Origin: an uncultured Erysipelotrichaceae bacterium
GTDB lineage: Bacteria; Bacillota_I; Bacilli_A; RF39; UBA660
Length of the DNA: 64,000 nucleotides
Direction of reading: 5' to 3'
Assembly: GCA_902785135.1 (NCBI GenBank)
Contig: CACZXL010000005.1
Location: 1,557-65,556, forward strand
The notes beneath the pieces are model-generated. The model searched no databases. It had not been told where the DNA came from and was given only the letters and a program-made list of their open reading frames with translations. Shown in pieces: positions 28,586 through 38,266 of the stretch; positions within the stretch are counted from its first letter, which is position 1; the number at the start of each line of letters is the position of its first letter. The translations under genes and the position numbers were made by a program.

Positions 28586-29844
28586 TAAATATTAACATCT
28601 AAATAATCAATAAGATTATCTCTTTCTACTTTAACTTCCTCTTTAGTTAAATTATCTTTTATTGTTAATTTATTATTTTTTACTTCTTCTTCACCTATAA
28701 TTATTATAAACTTAGCATTATATCTATCTGCTTCTTTAAATTTAGCAGGCATCTTTTTATTAGTGTAATCCATATCTACTGAGAATGCATTGTCTCTTAA
28801 ATTATTAACTAACATAACAGCATTTTCTAATTCATTTTCAGAAACTGGTATAACATAGCAATCTAATGAATTATCACTTATTACTTTTACATCTTCAGCA
28901 TCTAATGCATTTATAATTCTTTCTATACCAAATGCAAAACCAACAGCTGGTACACTAGGTCCATCCATATTTTCAACAAGATTATTATATCTTCCTCCTG
29001 CACCTATTACATTTTGAGAACCAAAGCCTTCTATTTCAGCTTCTACTTCAAATACAGTATCTGTATAATAATCTAAACCTCTAACTAATTTATCATCTAT
29101 CTTATATTTAATATCCATTAAATCTAAATATTTTAAAACATCATCAAAGTGTTTTTTAGATTTTTCATCTAAATAATCTACTATCTTAGGTGCAGTATTC
29201 ATACATTCTTTATCAGAATCAACTTTACAATCTAATATTCTTAAAGGATTCTTTTCATATCTATTTTGACAATCTTCACATAAATCATTTAAATATGGTT
29301 TAAAATGTTCTAATAAAGCATTTCTATAATTTTCTCTAGATTCTTTATTACCAATAGAATTAATTCTTACTTTAATACCTCTTAAACCTATTCTTTCATA
29401 GAATTTAACCATAATAGAAATAACATTCGCATCCATAAGTGGAGTTGGATCTCCAAATATTTCTACTCCTGCTTGTCTAAATTGTCTATATCTACCTGAT
29501 TGAGGTCTTTCATATCTGAACATTGGTCCTTCATACCATAACTTTATTGGTAATGTAGTATATAGTTTATTTTCAATAACACTTCTAACTATACCCGCAG
29601 TTCCTTCTGGTCTTAAAGTAATATTTCTATCTCCTCTATCTTTAAAATCATAAGTTTCCTTAGTTACTATATCTGTTGTTTCACCAACACCTCTATGATA
29701 TAAATCTGAACTTTCAAATATTGGAGTATCAATATACTTAATATTATATTCATTCATTAGGTCTTGAAATATTCTTTTTAAGTAATTATATTTTTCAACC
29801 ATTTCTCCTTGCATATCATATGTGCCTTTTTGTTTTTGAATCAT
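28585..29844 (-). CDS. hisS: Histidyl-tRNA synthetase
   Basis: MIQKQKGTYDM..., class II motifs (FRYERPQSGRYRQFRQ, GGRYNNL). ATG at 29844 with aaggaag SD; GTG at 29853 in the ORF track. Confidence 0.85.
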   Translation of the reverse strand: MIQKQKGTYDMQGEMVEKYNYLKRIFQDLMNEYNIKYIDTPIFESSDLYHRGVGETTDIVTKETYDFKDRGDRNITLRPEGTAGIVRSVIENKLYTTLPIKLWYEGPMFRYERPQSGRYRQFRQAGVEIFGDPTPLMDANVISIMVKFYERIGLRGIKVRINSIGNKESRENYRNALLEHFKPYLNDLCEDCQNRYEKNPLRILDCKVDSDKECMNTAPKIVDYLDEKSKKHFDDVLKYLDLMDIKYKIDDKLVRGLDYYTDTVFEVEAEIEGFGSQNVIGAGGRYNNLVENMDGPSVPAVGFAFGIERIINALDAEDVKVISDNSLDCYVIPVSENELENAVMLVNNLRDNAFSVDMDYTNKKMPAKFKEADRYNAKFIIIIGEEEVKNNKLTIKDNLTKEEVKVERDNLIDYLDVNI

Positions 29845-29909
29845 TAAAATCACTTCCTTTAAAAATTATATCATAAAAAAAGATAATTATTAATAATTAC
29901 CTTTATTTT

Positions 29910-30218
29910 TTAACACTTTTCTTTGTCAACAACTGAAGAGATAATATCGCTTACCCTTTTAGAAAACAATCTAATATCAGTTTCTAATTTAGCATATTCT
30001 TTAATTTCATCTATTTCAAACAACTTTTTTCTTAATTTAATTGTTTCATCATTAAGAATATTCTTTTTAATATATTCATTCTTATTCAATTCAAATTCAT
30101 CTATTAAATTCTGATATTTAGTATTATTTTTTATTATTTTTTCTAATTCTTTAAATCTTTTTATTTCATAAGAATTATCTAATTCTTTTAATATATCTTT
30201 TTGTTTTTCTTCTATCAT
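29910..30218 (-). CDS. UPF0342 / YlbF-YheA-YmcA-family protein
   Basis: 102 aa helical, ...NLIDEFELNKNEYIKKNILNDETIKLRKKLFEIDEIKEY..., C-terminal Cys. Confidence 0.45.
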   Translation of the reverse strand: MIEEKQKDILKELDNSYEIKRFKELEKIIKNNTKYQNLIDEFELNKNEYIKKNILNDETIKLRKKLFEIDEIKEYAKLETDIRLFSKRVSDIISSVVDKEKC

Positions 30219-30226
30219 ATTATTAC

Positions 30227-30448
30227 CTACTTCATTGTTTCCATAAACATTTTAATTAAATTCATTTTATTATTCAAATCATCTATTTTATCTTCAAAAG
30301 TCATTTTATAATCTATCTTCATATTATCTATCATTTTATTTATCAAACTAGGATCTCTATTTAATAACTTATACCAGTATGAATTTTCTCTTATATATCT
30401 TTGAAGTAACGGATTACTTTTTATTTTAAATTGAGTATCTAAATTCAT
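30227..30448 (-). CDS. YlbE-like small protein
   Basis: 73 aa. ...LLQRYIRENSYWYKLLNRDPS... matches the YlbE-family core as recalled from memory. Confidence 0.4.
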   Translation of the reverse strand: MNLDTQFKIKSNPLLQRYIRENSYWYKLLNRDPSLINKMIDNMKIDYKMTFEDKIDDLNNKMNLIKMFMETMK

Positions 30449-30777
30449 TAATCTTCAAATTTCTTATATAAAGGTACTGGTGTATAAGATTCTTTTACTT
30501 CTTCTTTAGATAGTAGTGTACTAACAAATGATAAAGCTTTATTTATAGTAGATATATTCTTCTGTAATGTATCTATATCCATATTCTTTATCATATTAAC
30601 AATATCTGTCACAGAAGTTTTATCATCTTCTTTAAAATATTGATCCCAAACATCTTTTTTATCCCCATACAAAGAATAGATATCATAAAACTTTTGCCAA
30701 GTCATTTGTTTATTATTAACATATTTAATTAGTTCTGGATGAGAACTCACAAACTGTTTAAATTCTTCTTTCATCAT
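30448..30777 (-). CDS. YlbD-like small protein
   Basis: 109 aa. EEFKQFVSSHPELIKYVNNKQMTWQKFYDIYSLYGD. Order D-E-F matches B. subtilis ylbD-ylbE-ylbF. Confidence 0.4.
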   Translation of the reverse strand: MMKEEFKQFVSSHPELIKYVNNKQMTWQKFYDIYSLYGDKKDVWDQYFKEDDKTSVTDIVNMIKNMDIDTLQKNISTINKALSFVSTLLSKEEVKESYTPVPLYKKFED

Positions 30778-30817
30778 TATTACCTCTAATTAATAATATG
30801 AAAGAATTATTAATTTA

Positions 30818-32608
30818 TTACCAGCTTGAGCCTCCTCCGCCGCCGCCTCCGCCGCCGGAGAATCCTCCACCACCAGAGAAGTGTCCACCACCAGATGAAC
30901 CAGAATATGATTCATATGGTCTAGATACCATTGCCGCACTTGCATGTGACATAGTACTATTTAAATTATTACTAAATCTAGTAACATTAAATGTATCTAT
31001 GCTTGATCCTAAATACCAATCAGGTGGAGACATTGTAATTGATTCAAACTTCTTACTCCATTTATCTGATACTCCAAGCGCATATGCATATGGTAATATA
31101 TCATAGAAAAGAGTTGGAGTTTCTTCAACTAATGTTTCTAACTTATCTTTTTCAACTGTTAATAAGAATTCTCTAAAGCCAGCGACTTTAGCGTATTCTT
31201 TTTCAGCTTCTTCTGTTCTCTTTCTATTAAAGAACATATAAACTACACTTATTATTGATGAAATAACTGCTAATGTTATTGCCATAGATCTTAATTCACC
31301 AAAATATTTAATTCTAAAAGTAAAACCTGTACTTAAAATTGGATAAATAAGAACTGATACAAAGAAAGCAAATACATAAAATGCATATAGCAAATAATGT
31401 GAATCATTAAAAATCTTATGAGATTTTCCTAATTGACTAATAGCACTTTGTAATGAAGTATAAAACTTATCTTGTAATTGAGTACTCTTTACAACTCCAT
31501 ATTCATTAGCTTTTTTAAATAAACCATTATATGTTGTTAAAACATAATTTGGCATTTTATCACCTGGGTCAATTTCTGTCTTCTTTAATGAAAATTTTTT
31601 CTTTCCATCTTCAATTATTTTTAAGAAACCTTTACTCGCAAGCCATATAATTAATGAAACTATTTGATTAGTCTTAGTCATTCCATAATATACATATCCT
31701 GCTTCTGCAGAAGTATAATCTGGTAAACTAAATTCAACTATTTTTAATTCTTTTTTTCTAATTCCATATTTAACTAATAAAAAAGTAGATAAGAATATTA
31801 ATGATCCTGTTACAGCAATAATAATTTGTAAAAATAACTTAGTATAATCATGATTAACTCTTTCATTAACATAATATCCTTCTGGTAATTCTATTCTAAC
31901 AGTTAATCCTTGATTAGAACCTAATGCTGTTCCAAATGAATTTCTTTCCATATAACCAGTTATAGTAGTCCCATTTATTTCATATTTAACATTATCATAT
32001 CTGTTACTACCATAATAACCATTTGGGAAATTTATTAATGTCTTATCAAATTCCTTAGGCATATTAATAGTAAATGTTACGTTTCTAATAAAAGTATCCC
32101 AATTAGTACCTATAATATTTAGATATAAATCATCATATTCATCTATTAAGTCATCACCAGCATCATATGTATATTTAATTACATATGTATATAATTTATT
32201 AGGTTCAACATAATGATTCGCATCACCTATAGTAAGAATATATTCACCATTTTCTCTTTCTTTTGTATATTTATTATTAACTGAAATGTTTTTTATTCTA
32301 GACTTTTCTGTTGTCTTAACTTCTTCTCCATCAACTATTCTATAATAGCTGTTTTTATATGGTATAAATCTCTTAATACCATGTTTATAACTAACAGTAT
32401 AAATAACTTTAATAGTTTCAGTTATATCTATAACATGATTTTCTTTAACATCCATCTTAACATCATAATTATTTATATAATAACCACTAGACGCTTTTAA
32501 AGTTGTATCTATATCATTTTTTTCTTCTATGTCATAAGCATTTACTACCATAAATGGCATAAAAAGAAAAAAAGATATAAAAAGTAAACTTAAAATTTTC
32601 TTCTTCAT
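30818..32608 (-). CDS. DUF2207-family membrane protein with Gly-rich C-terminal tail
   Basis: ATG at 32608 (MKKKILSLLFISFFLFMPFMVVNA signal) with aaggaga SD. Internal TM segments. C-terminus GGGHFSGGGGFSGGGGGGGGGSSW. Paired with lemA upstream. Confidence 0.75.
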   Translation of the reverse strand: MKKKILSLLFISFFLFMPFMVVNAYDIEEKNDIDTTLKASSGYYINNYDVKMDVKENHVIDITETIKVIYTVSYKHGIKRFIPYKNSYYRIVDGEEVKTTEKSRIKNISVNNKYTKERENGEYILTIGDANHYVEPNKLYTYVIKYTYDAGDDLIDEYDDLYLNIIGTNWDTFIRNVTFTINMPKEFDKTLINFPNGYYGSNRYDNVKYEINGTTITGYMERNSFGTALGSNQGLTVRIELPEGYYVNERVNHDYTKLFLQIIIAVTGSLIFLSTFLLVKYGIRKKELKIVEFSLPDYTSAEAGYVYYGMTKTNQIVSLIIWLASKGFLKIIEDGKKKFSLKKTEIDPGDKMPNYVLTTYNGLFKKANEYGVVKSTQLQDKFYTSLQSAISQLGKSHKIFNDSHYLLYAFYVFAFFVSVLIYPILSTGFTFRIKYFGELRSMAITLAVISSIISVVYMFFNRKRTEEAEKEYAKVAGFREFLLTVEKDKLETLVEETPTLFYDILPYAYALGVSDKWSKKFESITMSPPDWYLGSSIDTFNVTRFSNNLNSTMSHASAAMVSRPYESYSGSSGGGHFSGGGGFSGGGGGGGGGSSW

Positions 32609-32624
32609 ATCTTTATTCTCCTTA

Positions 32625-33197
32625 TTAATTTTCAAAATCTACTTTAACATTTTGTCTTTGATCTTCTGTAGCAGTAAACATACTCATTGGTTGATATCCA
32701 AAGATTTTTGCTACTATACAATCTGGAATAACTTTAGTTGCAAAGTTATAAGCTTGTGCTGCTGCATTGAAGTATCTTCTAGCACCAACAAGATCTTTTT
32801 CAACTGATTCTAGACTATCTTGTAACTTAACAAAGTTTTCATTTGCTTTTAATTCTGGATAAGCTTCAGCTAAAGCAAATAATTTTCCAATAGCTTCAGT
32901 AACATTATTATCAGCGTCGATTTTAGCGTTCATGTCAGTAGCACTAACTGCTGCATTTCTAGCTTTAACAACTGCTTCAAATGTTTCTTTTTCATGTTTA
33001 CTATAACCTTTAACTGTAGATACAAGATTTGGTATTAAATCATATCTTTGAGTTAAATAAACATCCATATCAGCAAATGCTTGTTCAGCCTTCATTCTCT
33101 TTCTAGTTAATTTATTAGCAGTAATAATAATCCATAATACGATTAATACTAAAACTAAAATAATCCAAAATGAAACACTTCCAAATAAACCACTCAT
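32625..33197 (-). CDS. lemA: LemA-family protein
   Basis: N-terminal TM, KRMKAEQAFADMDVYLTQRYDLIPNLV. Confidence 0.8.
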   Translation of the reverse strand: MSGLFGSVSFWIILVLVLIVLWIIITANKLTRKRMKAEQAFADMDVYLTQRYDLIPNLVSTVKGYSKHEKETFEAVVKARNAAVSATDMNAKIDADNNVTEAIGKLFALAEAYPELKANENFVKLQDSLESVEKDLVGARRYFNAAAQAYNFATKVIPDCIVAKIFGYQPMSMFTATEDQRQNVKVDFEN

Positions 33198-33268
33198 TAA
33201 TCTTCTCTCCTTTTCCTAGTTATAATTATAAATTATTTTTTTTAATTAGTAAATATATATTTTTAAAG

Positions 33269-33296
33269 TTTACTTTTTATTTAAATATGCTATAAT
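33269..33296 (+). promoter_or_regulatory. Extended -10 promoter (TTTACT-16-TGcTATAAT) of sRNA copy 1
   Basis: tttact at 33269-33274; tgctataat at 33288-33296. Confidence 0.45.
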
Positions 33297-33302
33297 TTAT
33301 TT

Positions 33303-33381
33303 AAGGGAAGCATTTCATTAATGCCTACCAAAAGTTTTTTTGATAGACATTTAAGTCTTAAGACTTAGGTGTCATTTTTTT
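33303..33381 (+). ncRNA. Small RNA copy 1 (~80 nt), convergent with and overlapping the 3' end of the 30-aa ORF; antitoxin-like
   Basis: 5' stem-loop ggaagcatt-tcatt-aatgcct. Terminator gacatttaagtc-ttaa-gacttaggtgtc + T7 (33346-33381), with two G·U pairs that would be A·C on the opposite strand. Confidence 0.45.
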
Positions 33382-33464
33382 ATTACTAAAACTAGTATTA
33401 TTATATATAGAATAAGAAGAGAGGTGTATCTAAGAATAGATATTATATAATCTCTCTTTTTCAT
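33372..33464 (-). CDS. 30-aa hydrophobic peptide (type I toxin-like): MKKRDYIISILRYTSLLILYIIILVLVIKK
   Basis: ATG at 33464 preceded by AGGAGG (6-nt spacing). Upstream acctc...gaggt can sequester the SD. Stop codon TGA lies inside the terminator stem of sRNA copy 1. Confidence 0.4.
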   Translation of the reverse strand: MKKRDYIISILRYTSLLILYIIILVLVIKK

Positions 33465-33568
33465 GTTTAACCTCCTTTCTTATAGAATGAGGTAGACACC
33501 AATTACTTTGCTTCCAATAGTTTTATTAGACGCAAAGAAAAAAAATTCCTCTATAAAGAGAAAAATAA

Positions 33569-33596
33569 TTGTAAAAAACTAGTATTATGATATAAT
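33569..33596 (+). promoter_or_regulatory. Extended -10 promoter (TTGTAA-16-TGaTATAAT) of sRNA copy 2
   Basis: ttgtaa at 33569-33574; tgatataat at 33588-33596. Confidence 0.45.
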
Positions 33597-33602
33597 TTAT
33601 TT

Positions 33603-33677
33603 AAGGAAGCATTTTATTAATGCCTACCTTATTTTGGGTTAGACATTTAGATTATAAATCTAGGTGTCATTTTTTTA
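33603..33677 (+). ncRNA. Small RNA copy 2 (~75 nt), tandem paralog of copy 1
   Basis: First ~35 nt nearly identical to copy 1 (atttatttaagg(g)aagcattt(c/t)attaatgcctacc). Terminator gacatttagat-tataa-atctaggtgtc + T7 with compensatory changes relative to copy 1 (aagtc/gactt vs tagat/atcta). Confidence 0.45.
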
Positions 33678-33688
33678 TTCCACTAAAA

Positions 33689-33716
33689 AAAGACTAGCAT
33701 TACTAGTCTTTTTATT
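33689..33716. terminator. Bidirectional terminator of parC
   Basis: aaaaaaagactag-catta-ctagtcttttt. Confidence 0.55.
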
Positions 33717-36252
33717 CTATTTTAAAATCATCTAGAAAATCATCTATAGTTAGTATTTCTTCATCTATTTCTTTTAAACTAACTTCTTTTTTTACTTCTT
33801 CTTTTACTTCTACTTCTTTGATATCATCTTTGTTTTCTAATTCTTTAACATTAAATATACTAACTATTCTAACCTTTGAAATAGTACTACCAGTTGAATA
33901 TCTATCAGCGATTGTTATTTCAGAGTTTTTTAATATAGTTATATCTTTAATATTAAGCATACCAATCATATCTTTTGTATTAGTAATCATAGCGCTTATT
34001 ATTTTGTGTGGATTAGTCTTAATCATTCTTATTAATAATAATCCTTTTCTCGCTCTTGATGATTTTTCCATTTCAGTTAATTTAACTCTTTTTGCAGTAC
34101 CTTTATCTGTAAATACAGTTATATATTCAGAATCCTTATTAAAGATTTCTGCAGATACTACAAAGTCATTATCTAGTTTAATAGCTTTAACACCTGCGGC
34201 TTTAACACCTACAACTGGTATTTCAGATGCATTATACCATAAACCATAACCATTACTTGTTGCGATAAATACTTCTGTATATGGACTTGAAGTAACATTA
34301 ACTATTTCATCATCATATTTAAGTTTCATACAAGATATTGGTTTATTATATCTTTGTACCTTGAAATCAGCTAAATTACTACGTTTTACCATACCATTTT
34401 TACTAAATATAGTTATAACCTCTTTGTGGTCAAAATCATATACTGGCATAGAATATACTACTTTTTCATCATCTTTAATAGTAATTACATTACTAATATG
34501 TTTACCCATATCTTTCCACTTCATATCTGGAAGTTCATGAACAGGTACATATAAATAATTTCCTATATTAGTAAATACTAATAAAGTATCTAAAGTATTC
34601 ATTTCATATAGACCAATTATATAATCATTTTCTTTTAAAGTAATATCTTCATCATTTGATGAATTATAACTTCTTTTTGAAACTCTTTTTACATATCCTT
34701 CTTTAGTAACCGCTACTACAACGTCTTCTTTAGGAATTAATGCTTCTTGATCTATCTTAATTTCTTCTACTTCATCAACTATTTCAGTACGTCTATCTTC
34801 ACCATATTCTTTCTTAATTTCAAGTAATTCTTTCTTAATTTGTTTCATTAATTTCTTTTCATCAGAAAGTAATGCTTCTAATCCTTCAATTACTTTTGTA
34901 AGATTAGCAAGTTCTTCTTCTAGAGAAACAACATCTGTATTAGTTAATCTATATAATTGTAATTTAACAATAGCTTCTGCTTGTTCATGAGAAAAATCAT
35001 ATTCTTTAACTAAGTTTTCTACAGCATCCGCTCTATTTTTACTTGCTCTAATAGTCTTAATAACTTCATCTAATATAGATATAGCTTTAATAAGACCTTC
35101 TACTATATGATATCTTGCTTTAGCATGAGCTAAATCAAATTTACTTCTTCTTGTTATAACTTCTTTTTGATGATTTATATATGCATCTAATATATCTATA
35201 ATACCTACTTCTTTTGGTCTTCTATCTACGATTGCAATCATATTATAGTTATATGTAACTTGCATATCAGTATTCTTTAATAAATAATTAAGTATTAACT
35301 CTGTATTAGCATCTTTCTTAAGATCAATAGTAATTATTAATTCTCCTCTAGATGTAGAATCTACTACTTCATTAATACCATCTATTTTCTTTTCTATTCT
35401 AATATCATTCATCTTTTTAACTAAAGCTGCCTTATTAACTTCATAAGGTATTTCAGTTATTATGATTTGGTTTTTACCTTTTTCAGTATTGATATGATAT
35501 TTAGATTTAACTACTACTTTTCCTTTACCTGTATCTAATGCTTTTCTTATTTCATCTTTACCGCATGCAATACCACCAGTTGGAAAATCTGGACCTTGTA
35601 CTATTTCTAATACATCGTCTAATGTGCATTTTGGTTTATCTATTCTTAGAACAGTTGCATCAATTATTTCACTTAGATTATGAGGCGGAATATCTGTTGC
35701 GTAACCTGCAGAAATACCTGTTGCACCATTAACTAAAAGGTTTGGAAATTTACAAGGTAATACTGTTGGTTCAAGTTCTGTATCATCATAGTTAGGTGCC
35801 ATTTCAACAGTATCTTTTTCTATATCTTTAAGTATTTCACCTGCGATCTTAGATAATCTTACTTCAGTATAACGCATTGCCGCAGCTGAATCTCCATCCA
35901 TAGATCCATTATTACCATGCATATCTACATAAGGAGTCATCATTTTCCAATCTTGGCTCATTCTTACCATTGCATCATATATTGATGAATCACCATGTGG
36001 ATGGTATTTACCCATGATATCTCCGACTGCTCTTGCACTCTTTCTATATTTATTATCATAGGTATTTTTACCCTTATACATTCCATATAATATTCTTCTT
36101 TGAACTGGTTTTAAACCATCTCTTACATCTGGTATAGCTCTATCTTGAATAATCTCTTTAGCATATCTACCAAATCTATCACCCATTATTTCTTCTAGGG
36201 CATAATCATTAATTTTTTGTAATATTTCTTCTGTCTCTTTTTTTCTTGCCAT
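33712..36252 (-). CDS. parC: DNA topoisomerase IV subunit A
   Basis: DGLKPVQRRILYGM (Q rather than the GyrA-typical H), active-site AAMRYTE; 846 aa; downstream of parE. Confidence 0.8.
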   Translation of the reverse strand: MARKKETEEILQKINDYALEEIMGDRFGRYAKEIIQDRAIPDVRDGLKPVQRRILYGMYKGKNTYDNKYRKSARAVGDIMGKYHPHGDSSIYDAMVRMSQDWKMMTPYVDMHGNNGSMDGDSAAAMRYTEVRLSKIAGEILKDIEKDTVEMAPNYDDTELEPTVLPCKFPNLLVNGATGISAGYATDIPPHNLSEIIDATVLRIDKPKCTLDDVLEIVQGPDFPTGGIACGKDEIRKALDTGKGKVVVKSKYHINTEKGKNQIIITEIPYEVNKAALVKKMNDIRIEKKIDGINEVVDSTSRGELIITIDLKKDANTELILNYLLKNTDMQVTYNYNMIAIVDRRPKEVGIIDILDAYINHQKEVITRRSKFDLAHAKARYHIVEGLIKAISILDEVIKTIRASKNRADAVENLVKEYDFSHEQAEAIVKLQLYRLTNTDVVSLEEELANLTKVIEGLEALLSDEKKLMKQIKKELLEIKKEYGEDRRTEIVDEVEEIKIDQEALIPKEDVVVAVTKEGYVKRVSKRSYNSSNDEDITLKENDYIIGLYEMNTLDTLLVFTNIGNYLYVPVHELPDMKWKDMGKHISNVITIKDDEKVVYSMPVYDFDHKEVITIFSKNGMVKRSNLADFKVQRYNKPISCMKLKYDDEIVNVTSSPYTEVFIATSNGYGLWYNASEIPVVGVKAAGVKAIKLDNDFVVSAEIFNKDSEYITVFTDKGTAKRVKLTEMEKSSRARKGLLLIRMIKTNPHKIISAMITNTKDMIGMLNIKDITILKNSEITIADRYSTGSTISKVRIVSIFNVKELENKDDIKEVEVKEEVKKEVSLKEIDEEILTIDDFLDDFKIE

Positions 36253-36260
36253 AATATCAC

Positions 36261-38165
36261 CTACTTAATTTGATAGTCGTCTTCTAAAGAGAATTCGACA
36301 TTTTCCTCTATCCATGCTTTTCTTGGTTCTACTTTTTCTCCCATAAGAACAGATACTCTTTTTTCAGCAAGTACTGCATCAGTAATATTTACTCTTATAA
36401 GAGTTCTTTTTGCTGGATCCATTGTTGTATCCCAAAGTTGTTCTGCATCCATTTCACCAAGTCCTTTATATCTTTGAAGGTCTTCCATAGTTTTACCTTT
36501 AGTTATTTCTTTTAATTCTTCATCTGAATATACATATACTTCTTCTTTTTTATTAAATTTAACTTTATATAAAGGAGGACATGCGATATATAATCTTCCT
36601 TCTTCTATAAGTGGTTTCATATATCTATAGAAGAATGTTATTAATAATACTTGAATATGACATCCATCAACATCGGCATCGGTCATTATTATTACTTTAT
36701 CATAGTTACAGTTCTTTATATTAAAGTCTGCTCCTACACCTGCACCTATTGTATATATTAAAGTATTTATTTCAGCATTCTTATATGCATCATCTAGTGA
36801 TGCTTTTTCAGTATTTAATACTTTACCTCTTAAAGGAAGTATTGCTTGATATGATCTATCTCTACCTGATTTAGCTGAACCTCCTGCTGAATCACCCTCT
36901 ACTATGAATAATTCGTTTTTAGAAGCATCATGACGTGATGCTGGAGCAAGTTTATCAGATATATTCTTTTCTTTTTTAGTACCTGTACTTTTTCTTGCTT
37001 CATCTCTTGCTTTTCTAGCAGCATCTCTTGCCATTTTTCCTTTTAAAGCTTTATTAATAATATTAACAGCGCTATCTTTATTTTCTTCTAAATAGAACTG
37101 CATGTTTTCTAAAGTTATATTTTCTGTTACTGGTTTAGCTATTGGAGTTCCTAGTTTTCCTTTAGTTTGTCCTTCAAATTGAAGTAATGCTTCAGGTACT
37201 TTTAAAGATATAACTGCAGTTAAACCTTCTCTAACATCTCCACCTTCAAAGTTCTTATCTTTTGCTTTTAAGAAGTTATTCTTTCTTCCATAATCATTAA
37301 ATGCTTTAGTTAAGGCACTCTTAAATCCTACTTCATGAGAACCTCCATCAGCAGTTTTAACGTTATTAACAAATGATACTATATTTTCATTATAAGAATC
37401 AGTGTATTGCATTGCAATTTCTACTTCAATTCCGTCTTTAGATCCTTTAAAATGAAGAATATTATTTATTGGAGTTTTATCTTCGTTTATATATTCAACA
37501 AAAGACTTAATACCATTATCATAATGATATTTAGCTTCTCTTCCTTTTATTTCATCTATTACTTCTACAGTTAATCCTTTTAAAAGGAATGCAGACTCTT
37601 GCATACGTTCACATATTAAAGTAAATGAAAAATCTGTTGTACTAAAAATATCTTTATTAGGTAAGAATCTAACTGTTGTTCCTGTTTTATTAGTTTTACC
37701 TACCTCTTCTAATTTAGATACTTTTTGTCCACCGTCTTTAAAATTAATACTATATTCTTTTCCATCTCTTCTAGAGTTAACAATCATATAACTAGATAAA
37801 GCATTAACTACTGATGCACCTACACCATGAAGACCACCAGAAACTTTATAGTTACCTTCTTCAAATTTTCCTCCAGCATGAAGAACAGTATAAATAACTT
37901 CTACTGTACTTTTACCAGATTCATGCTTACCTACTGGTACACCTCTACCATTATCTTGGACACTAACTGATCCATCTTTATGTAAGGTAATCTTAATTGA
38001 ATCACCATAACCATTCATTACTTCATCTATAGAGTTATCTACAATTTCCCAAACTAAATGATGTAATCCTCTCTTATCTGTAGAACCTATATACATACCA
38101 GGTCTTTTTCTAACAGCTTCTAATCCCTCTAAAATTTTAATCGAATGTTCGTCATACTTAGCCAT
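36261..38165 (-). CDS. parE: DNA topoisomerase IV subunit B
   Basis: GHKL ATPase motifs (HHLVWEIVDNSIDE, GLHGVGASVVNALS), Toprim EGDSAGGSAK. ATG at 38165 (MAKYDEHSI) with aaggaggg SD; ORF-track start further upstream. Confidence 0.8.
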   Translation of the reverse strand: MAKYDEHSIKILEGLEAVRKRPGMYIGSTDKRGLHHLVWEIVDNSIDEVMNGYGDSIKITLHKDGSVSVQDNGRGVPVGKHESGKSTVEVIYTVLHAGGKFEEGNYKVSGGLHGVGASVVNALSSYMIVNSRRDGKEYSINFKDGGQKVSKLEEVGKTNKTGTTVRFLPNKDIFSTTDFSFTLICERMQESAFLLKGLTVEVIDEIKGREAKYHYDNGIKSFVEYINEDKTPINNILHFKGSKDGIEVEIAMQYTDSYNENIVSFVNNVKTADGGSHEVGFKSALTKAFNDYGRKNNFLKAKDKNFEGGDVREGLTAVISLKVPEALLQFEGQTKGKLGTPIAKPVTENITLENMQFYLEENKDSAVNIINKALKGKMARDAARKARDEARKSTGTKKEKNISDKLAPASRHDASKNELFIVEGDSAGGSAKSGRDRSYQAILPLRGKVLNTEKASLDDAYKNAEINTLIYTIGAGVGADFNIKNCNYDKVIIMTDADVDGCHIQVLLITFFYRYMKPLIEEGRLYIACPPLYKVKFNKKEEVYVYSDEELKEITKGKTMEDLQRYKGLGEMDAEQLWDTTMDPAKRTLIRVNITDAVLAEKRVSVLMGEKVEPRKAWIEENVEFSLEDDYQIK

Positions 38166-38266
38166 CCAAAAACCCTCCTTAGTATCAAACATATTGAATT
38201 ATAACACAAAAAACACTTTTTTTACAAGTAGATAAAAGAAAAATGTAAAGCATTTGCCTTACATTT

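Noticed and set aside
30798-31106. Plus-strand ORF encoding a poly-proline stretch (PPPPPPPPPENPPPPEKCPPPDEP)
   Set aside because: It is the antisense reading of the (GGC/GGA)n Gly-tail codons of the DUF2207 gene and is an artefact.
32625-32635. Apparent overlap of lemA with the DUF2207 gene, and several other 5' overlaps in the ORF track (PFOR 8637, hisS 29853, parE 38192, recG 2637, 21392..22180, 38986, 9546)
   Set aside because: The ORF-track starts in these cases are GTG/TTG codons translated as M. ATGs with good SD sequences a few codons downstream were preferred, which removes most of the overlaps.
33290-33680. CRISPR array (two ~80-nt direct repeats)
   Set aside because: Only two copies. 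Each unit has its own promoter and intrinsic terminator. The repeats are ~80 nt with diverged middles and are not short identical repeats with unique spacers. No cas genes are in the window.
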